From assembly GCF_009914755.1 (NCBI RefSeq), contig NC_060926.1: a stretch of 64,000 bases of DNA; one strand, given 5' to 3'. The notes under the pieces are model-generated. The model did no database searches. It was given only the letters and a program-made list of their open reading frames with translations, and was not told the origin of the DNA. This document shows positions 1 through 13,977 of this stretch, one piece after another. This DNA is from the human T2T-CHM13v2.0 reference genome, Homo sapiens. Position numbers and translations under genes: made by a program. How positions within the stretch are numbered: the stretch's first letter is position 1; each line of letters starts with the position of its first letter.

Positions 1-1265
<1,265 letters not shown>

Positions 1266-3888
1266 TACCTTTGCATCGGGTTTATCCTTATCTTCAAACA
1301 AACCAAGCTCTTCTGGGCCAAGAGAAAATAGAGCTTCTAAAGAAAAAGGTAGAATCAGAGATGCAAATGACATCATTTCATTTTAAAAAATTGTTTTAGA
1401 AAGCCAAGACCACCTTTAAGTAAAATCAAGTAGATTCAGAAATATGATTGTGGCAATATTTATACCTTACTCTATACACTTTACTTTCTTGTAACATTTT
1501 TAACCAGTGACTCTAAGAAAATAGTGTCATGCTAAGGCTTCAGCATTTCCTAATTCTAGGAAAGGAAAATAATCTTTATGCATAAAACTAAAAACAGTAA
1601 CATCAGAAATCTTTCATGGCTTCCCACTGTCTATGGCATCAGGTCCCAAAAGCCCAAGAATCTCAGGAAATACAGTAGTGTTGCAGTTTTCCTGCCACAT
1701 GTAAGGCTAACAAACATCCTTTCGTGGGAAGGATCCTCTTTTACTCTGAGATGCCCTTTTTTTTGGTGTGAAAATGTCTTTTCCGTGTTGAAGGTAATAA
1801 CAGATGGCAGTGGTCTTATCTGGAAAAAGAAGTTGGCAACCCCATGCGAGTCTCCAGAATTTCTTTATCACCCAACATCTAGGTGATGTGCCACCCAATG
1901 GGGCATACCTGAATCTTTTGAGAAGTCTGTATCCGAGCCTAGGTAGGAACTCTTACTGGGAAACTCTGATATACTCTAGGGATACAAGGAATGGGATAAA
2001 TGTGTCTCCCTATTGAAAAACTATTGCTACCCTAGTGCTTACTGTTAATGAATGTTATATTCTTTCTAAGTGCTGGGACTCGGCAAAAATGAACTACAAA
2101 TCTACAAGTTAAAGCATAAAACCATACAAAAACTTTTATAATAATCTCCCAGTACTCTCAGCTACATTGTAATGGAGTACAATGGAACCCAATGTAGCCC
2201 TATTATTTAAAATACTATTCCAAAATTTCCCCCGCCAGTTCTCTGACAGTCCTTATTCTTTCCAAATTATACCTCCCTGTCAGTCACCATCAGGATTCAG
2301 GCTAAGCTATACAAGCAGTGCACATTGTGCACTAAGATGTCAAATCATATGCTTGGCCAGCAATCCCCTCTGCTGGAGAGGAAGTTGGCCTGGGACTCTC
2401 AGTACTACTCTTGCCTAATGGTACGCTCCATGACCCGCCCTACACTTCACCATCTTCCTCAGTCCCTTTGAGGCTACGTTTCTACTTCGAGTTGTCCTTT
2501 AACTTCAACTATATTAAAACCTGGAAAAGTGTTATCCCTATTAGAAATGTACTTATTAGTGCTGGCAATTTTTACTGGTGGAATTACTGATTGCATCAGG
2601 GAGATATTTTTATGGAGGGGATCGAGTCAAGGCTAAGAGGTACCACTTAAATCCCACATGCAATCCAACCCATTAAATTGCTCCTAGGAAGGTAACAGCG
2701 GTAAATATTTACTAAATCTCTGGAGGCAGCAAGTCTTTCTAAGCTTAGAAGCAACAGAAGAACCACAAAGATTTGATAAATGTGGTGGCAGTAGGGAAGA
2801 GGAACATGGCAAACCAGATAGGATGAGTCAGGCTGTCTGTCCTCCTAATATGGAGACACTGTGGAGAGCTGAGCTACAAAGCCATGTAGTGCTGGGGACC
2901 CCAATCAGGGCCAGGTGAAGGCAAAGTAATGTTCACACTGAGCTCACGGGAACACAGCTCCTAGGACCCTTGTGGAGGAAGCTGGTTTGCAGAGATGGGG
3001 TATGGGAGAAATATATAGAGAGAAACAGGGGCAAGAAATCAAGGGTCCAGTAAGGTCAGGCTGGCTTCCTGCAGTTGATTTCTGAGATCCCCTATATTCT
3101 TACAATAACCCCCCTTTTAAATTTAGCTAATTTGGGTGGTGGGTCTGTTTCTTGCACACAATCCCTTACCTAAAATCTCTGGGTCTTTGGAATTCAGAAT
3201 TTCCAGAGTTTATAAAGATAATATGAAAAAAGTGTTTTTTATATATATATAAAATGTTACATTCCCAGCAGGGTCTGGGCCAGCTTCCATTAATCAAGCA
3301 GATTAATATTCCTGTAATGAATGTATGAACATTCACCCACATGAGATAACTAAAAACTGTAAATAGCCTCACACCAGGTCTGGTTCTGAAGCCAAACAAG
3401 CTCAGGTGAGATCAGATGAGGGTGTGAGCTTTCCAGATTTCAGAAATGCGTATGAACAACTGTGCACCCATATAAATAATATGACACCCTTCCCCACTCC
3501 AAAAGGTAGATATAATTGGTTGGATAACTCTGGCTTAAGTGTTTGTTATTCTAGAGAAATCTTAAAACTCAAACAGTGTAACAATAATGAAGACTGATAC
3601 TTATGACAATTGTCTTTACGTTGTACTTTAAATTACAGGAATTAAAAAAGAAATATATTGCTTTATTTTTTTACTAAACATTATTGTCATCACCCAGGAT
3701 ATATTTAAGATTAAGCTTCACATTTCTCTGCAGAGGGAATTACCAATTTATATCTTATATGTGCAACAATAAACACATACTGTAGAATATATCTTTAAGA
3801 TAATTGGTCTATTTGTGATTTTGCATAATTAATTACATGTAAAGAAGATGGTACATATTGCTAGTTAAATGTACGTAACATAGCATAC

Positions 3889-4087
3889 CTCTGAATTCAG
3901 GTGTGAAATGAAGAGTCTGAAGAAGGGAATTGAGGTAACAGGTTCCACCCTGATTTCTGATTCCGCTTAAATTGGTGAATTCTCTAGGAGCAGGTGGCTC
4001 CAAAGCTTTAGTCTTTAATTTCTTCCCTTTTCCATACTGATTATTAGACACAGTGGAATACTCCTCTTCAAACAGGTCCCCAAACAT
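3889..4087 (-). CDS. USP40: USP40 first coding exon (ubiquitin-specific protease, Cys box)
   Basis: Translates to MFGDLFEEEYSTVSNNQYGKGKK...GIRNQGGTCYLNSLLQTLHFTPEFR with the USP catalytic Cys box. Probable acceptor ttttttaag before 4106, ATG at 4087, donor G|gtatg after 3889 (199 coding nt). Confidence 0.95.
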
Positions 4088-4659
4088 TGTGAAACTAAAT
4101 ACTACCCTTAAAAAAAGTGACATATAAATGCTTTTATTTTTAAAATAAATTTTCCCCAAATCCCCCTACCTTACACTTGGGAGTCGATTCTGTTGTTTCT
4201 TAGAACACAGGACTACTGTTTCTATGTACAGTAGTTGGGTTTTGGAGGCAGCAAGATCTAGATTTTTTTCATCCCTATCAGGACCCTAACTACCTGTGTG
4301 ACCCTGGATATGTTAATCTGTTTTCTTATGTGTAAAATAGGATACCATCTGTCTCTTCGGGTCATTTAAACTATCCAATGACATAACGAAAGAAGGGCAG
4401 TTAGTGTACAGGGTTTGGCCCACAATAAGTAACAGCTGTTTTTAAAAAGGCACGTTCACATCACTAATTTTTTTAAAAAAGAAAACCTGTCGCCACAACT
4501 AATCCACTGCTGGGACGGCAAAGCCAACCCTAAATTCTGAGAATCAACTCTCTAAAATCTCTGCTTGTCACACCCTTCAGTACTATATACCAGATTATGA
4601 CATTTAAATTAAACAGATCAAGTTAACTTTTTTTAGAGCACTTTAGTACAGTCCCGAAG

Positions 4660-4725
4660 CTGTTGGGCCGGAAGTCAGTTCACTGGGGAGGGAGGGGGGA
4701 AGGGGAGCGGAGGGCGGGGAAGACT
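4660..4725. promoter_or_regulatory. ETS motif plus G-rich/GC-box tract in USP40 intron 1
   Basis: ccggaagt at ~4668, followed by ggggagggagggggggaaggggagcggagggcgggg. Motif match only. Confidence 0.4.
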
Positions 4726-4939
4726 GCCACTAAAATTATCAAGCCTAAAGGCCTTCCAGTATGTATCCACTAATCCCATCGTTAGCCCTGGGGGCCTAGG
4801 TGACTTCCCCAAGGTTTCACATCGAGTGTGGCGGAGGGTCACTTGGAGATGAGAAACGTAAAGCGCCTAGCATAGGTACCAAATGACAGGAAGCGCTGAA
4901 ATGCAATTATTTTTCTTTTCCTCAGAAGAAAACTAAAAA

Positions 4940-5510
4940 AACACAACTCGAGAGTCTAGCCTCGAGCTCGTTGTCTGCATTCCTGAATTCCCAACTCCTA
5001 CGGCCGGCCGAGGCCCTCCAAGCCACCACAGGCCCAGGGGCGCAAAAAGGCAGAGGTCCCCGTGGCCCGAAACCACTGCCCCGACTCCAGGAGAGCGCCG
5101 CGTCCTCAGGCAGGCCTGGGCAGCCTCTCGCCTCGCCCTCCTCAGACTGGGCCACCAACACTGTCCCTACGCTTCCCACGTCCCTCCCAGGATCCCCGGG
5201 CGCCAGCCGCACTTACTGCCTAAAGCCCAGACCCCCGCCCTGGCCAAAACGCGAAGCGAACGAACCCGCCCCAACTGGGCGCCGCCATGTTGGCGAGGGC
5301 GGGTCTCCAGAAAGTGATTTATGGATCGTGGACTATGCTTCCCAGGATGCCCCGCTGGAGCGCCGGCCCCTCGCACGGGGCCTTATGGGAAATGTAACTC
5401 TTCTGCTCCAAGAGTTTGGGAACTGGAGCGGGAGCGGGAGCGGGCAAGGTGAGCTCGCTTACAAGTCCGCTGGTGAGTTCGCGGGTCCACTCGGCCAGCG
5501 GACCACTCAT
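4940..5510 (-). promoter_or_regulatory. USP40: USP40 CpG-island promoter
   Basis: CpG-rich island in an AT-rich background. GC boxes, YY1-type gccgccatgtt (5281-5291), and ZNF143/SBS-like gactatgcttcccaggatgcc (~5331-5351) plus a reverse-strand tgggaaatgtaa (~5386). Confidence 0.85.
5217..5315 (-). other. USP40: Probable non-coding exon 1 (5'UTR) of USP40
   Basis: Strong minus-strand donor gca|gtaagt at 5217/5216 inside the CpG island, upstream of the ATG exon. TSS position is approximate. Confidence 0.65.
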
Positions 5511-5520
5511 TCGTTCACAT

Positions 5521-7142
5521 TTATAAGATTATAGCTATATGATCTTATATAAGATTATAGCTATATGATCTTATATAAGATTATAGCTATATGATCTTAT
5601 ATAAGATTATAGCTATATGATCTTATATAAGATTATAGCTATATGATCTTATATAAGATTATAGCTATATGATCTTATATAAGATTATAGCTATATGATC
5701 TTATATAAGAGTATAGCTATATGATCTTATATAAGAGTATAGCTATATGATCTTATATAAGAGTATAGCTATATGATCTTATATAAGAGTATAGCTATAT
5801 GATCTTATATAAGAGTATAGCTATATTATAGCTATATAACCTTATATAAGATTATAGCTATATAACCTTATATAAGATTATAGCTATATAACCTTATATA
5901 AGATTATAGCTATATAACCTTATATAAGATTATAGCTATATAACCTTATATAAGATTATAGCTATATAACCTTATATAAGATTATAGCTATATAACCTTA
6001 TATAAGATTATAGCTATATAACCTTATATAAGATTATAGCTATATAACCTTATATAAGATTATAGCTATATAACCTTATATAAGATTATAGCTATATAAC
6101 CTTATATAAGATTATAGCTATATAACCTTATATAAGATTATAGCTATATAACCTTATATAAGATTATAGCTATATAACCTTATATAAGATTATAGCTATA
6201 TAACCTTATATAAGATTATAGTTATATAACCTTATATAAGATTATAGTTATATAACCTTATATAAGATTATAGTTATATAACCTTATATAAGATTATAGT
6301 TATATAACCTTATATAAGATTATAGTTATATAACCTTATATAAGATTATAGTTATATAACCTTATATAAGATTATAGTTATATAACCTTATATAAGATTA
6401 GTTATATAACCTTATATAAGATTATAGTTATATAACCTTATATAAGATTATAGTTATATAACCTTATATAAGATTATAGTTATATAACCTTATATAAGAT
6501 TATAGTTATATAACCTTATATAAGATTATAGTTATATAACCTTATATAAGATTATAGTTATATAACCTTATATAAGATTAGTTATATAACCTTATATAAG
6601 ATTATAGTTATATAACCTTATATAAGATTATAGTTATATAACCTTATATAAGATTATAGTTATATAACCTTATATAAGATTATAGTTATATAACCTTATA
6701 TAAGATTATAGTTATATAACCTTATATAAGATTATAGTTATATAACCTTATATAAGATTATAGTTATATAACCTTATATAAGATTATAGTTATATAACCT
6801 TATATAAGATTATAGTTATATAACCTTATATAAGATTATAGTTATATAACCTTATATAAGATTATAGTTATATAACCTTATATAAGATTATAGTTATATA
6901 ACCTTATATAAGATTATAGTTATATAACCTTATATAAGATTATAGTTATATAACCTTATATAAGATTATAGTTATATAACCTTATATAAGATTATAGTTA
7001 TATAACCTTATATAAGATTATAGTTATATAACCTTATATAAGATTATAGTTATATAACCTTATATAAGATTATAGTTATATAACCTTATATAAGATTATA
7101 GTTATATAACCTTATATAAGATTATAGTTATATAATCTTATA
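5521..7142. repeat. AT-rich VNTR, 26-bp unit (TATAAGATTATAG[C/T]TATAT[GATC/AACC]TTA), ~62 copies
   Basis: 26-bp periodicity read directly. Variant units occur in blocks, with two 24-bp units near 6395 and 6575. Confidence 0.97.
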
Positions 7143-8483
7143 AATATGAATGAATGAGTGGTCACATTTATAAAGATATAAGATTATATTTATATAATCT
7201 TATATCTTTGTCTTTCGTCTGTGAATCAAACTAATGGCATGTCAAAGTATTGTCTGGACAATCCTTTCATTCCATAGCTTCCTCTCCTCCTATCAGATCC
7301 CCATGAAATCTCACCTGCATTAGGATGATAGCCTTTTCAGTGGACTCCCGTTTTACACACCCCTTCCTGCACGTCACTATAAGATGCACTATCCATCTAA
7401 GGTGCACTTTGAGCTCAAACCTCTCTGCTAAAGAAGCTTCCACGATTTCTCAACATCCACTGTGGAAATTCTTTATTTTGATTCTTAGTTCACTGATGGT
7501 CCCAACATTCTTTTCATACTGTATTTCTCACTACACACCTATTTACCAAAGTGCTTTCAAATGTGCCATCTATAAAGCTGCTAATCCCTGAGCCTTTAAG
7601 GGAAAAGATAAACACCAGCTGCAAGTCTTTTTGTTTTATGATAAAAAGCCCTGTACAACGAAAACACTTTTTCTGGTTTGGTTCCATGAAAACCAATGCT
7701 CTGTCCCTGAAGTCAGGAAGTACCTTGCCAGTAAGGGACTTCCTTTTAAATTGCTTTTGATATTGGACAATGTCCCTGGCCACCCAGAACCCCATAGATT
7801 CTGCAATGAGAGCACCAAAGTGGCCTCCTTGCCCCTAAACACAACATGTCTAATTCAGCCCTTAGATCAAGGGGTCATAAGGAACTTTAAGGCTCATTAC
7901 GTACGGTTTTCTATGGAAAGGGGTGTCAACACTATGGAAGAGAATCTCAACAGGGAGAATATCGTGAAAGTCCAGAAGGATTACACCATTGAAGAAGCCC
8001 ATGTTGTTACAGAAAAAGCTGTGAAAGCCATCAAGCCCCAAACAATACATTAGTGCTGAAGAAAACTGCGTCCAGATTCCAGATGTTGTGTGTGAGTTCA
8101 CAGGATTTACAACAGCCTATCAAGGAAGTCATGGAAGAGATTGTGGATATGGCACCAAAAAAAAAAAAAAAAAAAAAAAAGAGGCATAAAGTGTTTGAAG
8201 ATCTAGATCTTGGGGAAATTCAAGAGTTAATAGATACCACATCTGAGGAATTAACAGAAGATGACTTGATGGAGATGAGTGCTTTTGAATCAGTACCAGA
8301 CAATGAGGAAGAAGATATAGAAGAAGCACTGTCAGAAAATGAATTGACATTAGACAATCTTGCAGAAGGGTTCTGATTATTTAAGACTGCTTTTGACTTC
8401 TTTTACAACTTGGACCCTTCTATGATACGGGCATTGAAACTAAAGCAAATAGTAGAAGAAGGATTAGTACTGTATGCAAGCAT

Positions 8484-8798
<315 letters not shown>

Positions 8799-9043
8799 TC
8801 AGGCATTTTTAAAGAATTGAAAAAGCAAAACTATCAGACAGTAATTATGATGTATTTCCATAAAGTCAAACTGAGTGTGCCTGTCTCTCCTGCTTCCCCT
8901 TCCACCTCCTCCACCAATTCCCCCTCTGCCACTCCTGAAACAGCAAGACCAACTTCCCCCTACCCCCACCCCTCCTCAACAGCCCACTCAATGGGAGACA
9001 GTGAGCATGGAGACCTTTATGGTGATACACTTTCACTTAATGA

Positions 9044-9373
<330 letters not shown>

Positions 9374-9625
9374 AATAAAGATCTTTTCTCTTCCTTATGA
9401 ATTTTAACATTTTCTTTTCTCTAGCAGACTTTATTGTAAGAAAAATACAGCATATAATACATATATTACAAAAAATATTTATTAATTGACTTTATGTTAT
9501 TGGCAAGGCTTCCAGCAAACAGTAGGCTACTGTAGTTATGTTTTAGGGTAGTCAAAAGTTCTATGCTCATTTTTGACTGCACGAAGTTGGTGCCCCTAAT
9601 CCTCGCTTTATTCAAGGGTCAGCTG

Positions 9626-10925
9626 TAGCAGCAATGAACAATTGAAAATTGGAATGAAAATACCACTCAAAATAGCATAAAAATATGAAATACTTAGGGC
9701 TAAATCTGACAAAAGATGTGAAAGACTGTACACTAAAAACTACAAAACTTTAATGAGTGACCTAAATACACAGTCATGTTCATGAATTGAAAAACTCAAA
9801 ATTTTTAAGATGTCAGTTCTCCCAGTTCATCTATAAATTCAATACAATCCCAACCAAATCCCAGCAGGCTTTTTTTTTGTGCAAATTGGCAAACTGATTC
9901 TAAAATTCTTATGGAAATGTAACGGACCTACAATAGCAAAAACAACAATGGAAAACAAGAAAAAAAAGAGAGTGAACACTGACTCATTTCAAGACCTCCT
10001 ACAAAGGATAGTAATCAAATATTTCATAAGTATGTCAATGAAACAGAATAGAAAGTCCAGAAATACACAGTTGTATGAATAACCAAGTTTTTACAAAGGT
10101 GCAAAGGCAATTCAGTGGAGAGAAGAATAGTCTTTTCAGCAATTGGATATCCCATACCCAAGAAAGCAAGAAAAGACATTACATCTGTAGTCTTCTTTCC
10201 AAAAACCATAACCCCAGTCTATGATGAAAACATTAGACAAACTCAAACCGAGGAACGTTCTACAGAAAAAGTGACCAGAACTTCTCAAAACTGTCAAAGT
10301 CATCAAAAACAAGGAAAGTCTAAGAAACTGTCACAGGCTAGAGGAGGTGAAGGAGACATATGATTAAATGATTAAATGTCATGTGGTATCCTGGATGGGA
10401 TCTCAGAAATGGAAAAAGACATTAGGTAAACATTAATGACATCTGAAGAAAACATAGACTTTAGTTCATCATAATGTATCAAATGTTGGTTAATGAGTTG
10501 TGATAAATATGCTACAGTAACATAACATTTAACGATAGGGGAAACCCGTACAGGATATTTGGGGATTTTCTGTGCTATTTGTTGCAAACTTGCTGTAAAT
10601 CTAAATTTATTCCAAAGTAAAAAGTTGAATGGAAAAAAAATCCACAGACTGGGAAAAAATATTTGCAGTGCATGCATGTGGTAAAGAAGAAATATCCAAA
10701 ATGTATAAAGAACCTTTAAAATTCAATGAAGAGAAATGAAAATAAACCAATTTTTTTTTAAAAATGTGCAAAGATTTGAACAGACATTTACCAAATAAGG
10801 TATACAGATGGGAAGCAGGCACATGTAAAGACATTCAACACCAGTAGTGATTAGAGAAATCAAATTAAAACCACAATTTACACACCCATTAGAATGGCTG
10901 AGAGGAAAAAGACTGACAATATCAA
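9626..10925 (+). mobile_element. Old L1M fragments (ORF2 3' region) with nested repeats
   Basis: Degenerate similarity to the L1 ORF2 3' end (aatacttagg...aaaactacaaaac; ttgaacagacattt...aaaaccacaat). Confidence 0.7.
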
Positions 10926-10926
10926 A

Positions 10927-11331
10927 TTATACAGTTTAGATATTTGTCCCTTCCAAATCTCATGATGAAATTTAATCCCCAGTGTTGGAGGTCAGGCTTA
11001 GTGGGAGGTGTTTGGGTCATGGGGGTGAATCCTGCATTAATGTCTTGGTGCCTTCCTCTCGGTAATGGGTGAGTTCTCCCTCTATTACTTTCAGTAAGAG
11101 CTGATTGTTTAAAAGAGCCTGGCACCTCCCTTCTTTTTCTCTTGCTTCTCTCTCACCATGTGATCGGCACCTTCTGCCATGAGTGGAAGTAGCCCGAGTC
11201 TCTCACCAGATGCAGGTGCTAGCGCCATGTGTCTTATTCAGCCTCCAGGACCATGAGTCAAGGAACATGTTTTCTTTGTAGATTACCTAGCCTCAGATAT
11301 TCCTTTATAGCAATACAAACAAACTAAGACA
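10927..11331 (+). mobile_element. MST (MaLR) solo LTR
   Basis: Starts gtttagatatttgtcccttccaaatctcatg and ends ctaagaca; ~400 bp. Confidence 0.85.
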
Positions 11332-11436
11332 CCAGGTGCTGGTGAGTGTGAAGAGATCCTGGTGGTGGGAGGGGACATGGGTCCAGCCACTTTGGAATAT
11401 TATTTGGCAGATTCTTTAAAAGGTAAACATACACCA

Positions 11437-11738
11437 ACCAGGCACAGTGGCTTATGCCTGTAATCCCAGCACTTTGGGAGGCCGAGGCAAGTGGATCATG
11501 AGGTCAAGAGATCGAGACCATCCTGGCCAACACGGTGAAACCCCATCTCTACTAAAAATACAAAAATTAGCTGGGTGTGGTGGCACATGCCTGTAGTCCC
11601 AGCTATTCGGGAGGCTGAGGCAGGAGAATCATTTCAACCCAGGAGGCAGAGGTTGCAGTGAGCCAAGATTCGTGCCACTGCACTCCAGCCTGGCGACAGA
11701 GCGAGACTCCATCTCAAAAAAAAAAAAAAAAAAAAAAA
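11437..11738 (+). mobile_element. AluSc-like
   Basis: Full Alu with poly-A and TSD aaaaggtaaacatacacc. Confidence 0.93.
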
Positions 11739-12636
11739 GGTAAACATACACCTACCATAGAACACAGCTATTCCATTGCTAGGTATTTAGTCATGAGAAA
11801 AGAAAGCATACTTGCTATATTATTTGTATTTTTACATTTTCTGTATGTTGTAATGTTTCTGCGTCTTAAAGTCACTTTCTTACTGGGGATGCAGTGTCCC
11901 TCTGCAGGTCAGTTAATTCTTAGAGACAGCAAAGGGCCCACCCTTGTAGCTCAGAGCCCACTGAAATTATTCAAACTAGCCTGTCCTAAACTGTTTCTCC
12001 TGCCCTATCTGTGTTTCCTGCAGAAACTGCAATAGAGCTGTGGTCTAGACTCTACCCTTGCCCCTCTCCCTTCTGCCCCTTGTATTTCGAGTCAAGAATT
12101 GTACAAGGTGTTACTTTGCCACAGACCCTGCTTCCAGTCTATAGCAGTCAGGGTTTAGTGAGAGAAGCAGAGCCGCTATGCATATACATGGTGAGGGATT
12201 GGCCACAGGCATGGTGGGAGCTGGCTGGACGATCGCTGCAAATGGCTTTGGTGTCTGATGCTGGAGCTTAAGGACCCCAGGGTGGGTCTTCAGGAAGGGT
12301 AGACGGATGTAAAGTGGGGACAGCCAGGAGAATCCAGGACCCACAGAAGGGACTGGAACTTGGACAGTTCTCAATGCCTCCTACCTTGAAAATGTGGATG
12401 GCCTTCAGAAGAAGCTGGCACCCTTCCTCACAGAGCTAATCACATACCTGTCTCAGGTATGGGAGAAGCTGACAGAGGAGCATGAGAAAGGTGGAGCAGC
12501 TGTAGGTTCAGCTGCTGCCTTGTGCCTATGAGGGTCATGAAGCAGAGAGGTGACATGAGACAGGTGACCACATTTATGAGCTCCAAAAGGGCCTGTCCTG
12601 AACTTCCGCATTCAAAACAAAACAGAACAAGAATAG

Positions 12637-12930
12637 GCTGGGCATAGTGGCTCATGGGAGGCTGAGGCAGGAGGATCAATGGAGACCAGGAGTTACAGAC
12701 CAGCATGGACATCATGGTGAGACCCCCTATCTACAAAAAAATTTAAAAATCAGCTGTACATGGTGTCATGTACCTGTAGTCCCAGCTACTTGCGAGGCTG
12801 AAGTGGGAGGATTGCTTGAGTTCAGAAGCCAAGGCTGCAGTGAGTTGTGATTGTGCTACTGCACTCTAGCCTGGGTGACAGAGTGAGACCCTGTCTTAAA
12901 AAAAAAAAAAAAAGAGAAAAGAAAAAGAAA
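12637..12930 (+). mobile_element. AluJ with internal deletion
   Basis: Diverged Alu with poly-A and J-type aggattgcttgag. Confidence 0.85.
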
Positions 12931-13039
12931 AGCAAAAATGTAGAATGGATGTTGAATTTGATCAAACACTTTTCCTACGCCTACTGAGATGACTACATGG
13001 TTTTCTTTTCTGGTTTATTTATTTAGTGTCTTACATTGA

Positions 13040-13360
<321 letters not shown>

Positions 13361-13977
13361 CAATTATTACAAAAATTCTTTATCTTATCATTAATTGTGG
13401 TGAAATACACATAGCATAAAATTTATCATGTTAACCATTTTAAGTGCACAGTGCAGTATTGAGGACATTCGCATTGCTGTGCAACCGATATCACCATTTA
13501 TCTCTAGAACTCTTTTCATCTTCCTAGACTGAAGCTTGGGGTCTATGAAACAATAATTCCTCATTCTCCCTCCTCCCAGCCCTTGGCAACTACCATTCCT
13601 CTCTTTGCTTCTGTGAATTTGACTATTTTAGGTGCCTTATACAAGTAGAATGATTAAACCAGTTGTCGTCTTGTGACTGGCTTATTTAACTTAGCACAAA
13701 GTTCCCAAGGTTTATCTATGTTGTAGGATGTGTCAGAATTTCCTTCTCTAAGACTGAATTTTATTCCATTGTTACCAGATTTTGCTTATGCACTCATATG
13801 GAGATGGGCACTTGGGTTGCATTCACCTCTTGGCTGTTGTGAGTTAAGCTGCTGTGAACATGACTGTACAACCTTGATTAATTTTCTAAAGTTAAAACCA
13901 GCTTTACATCCCAGGGATAACTCTCATTTGCTTGTGGTTTATGATTTTTTATGTATTACATATTTTAAAATATTATT

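Noticed and set aside
3833-4159. 108-aa ORF boundaries as the USP40 exon
   Set aside because: It extends into introns on both sides. The upstream in-frame Met (MSLFLRVVFSFT) overlaps the acceptor's pyrimidine tract, so it would need intron retention or another TSS.
4971-5534. 187-aa Pro/Gly-rich ORF and overlapping ORFs
   Set aside because: Expected by-product of a GC-rich CpG island; non-ATG start and no recognisable domain.
5521-7142. CRISPR-like palindromic array
   Set aside because: No unique spacers, no cas genes, and the context is eukaryotic; it is a VNTR.
7631-8376. Domesticated Tigger transposase (TIGD-like gene)
   Set aside because: 5'-truncated, broken by a stop and frameshift at ~8053 and by a poly-A expansion.
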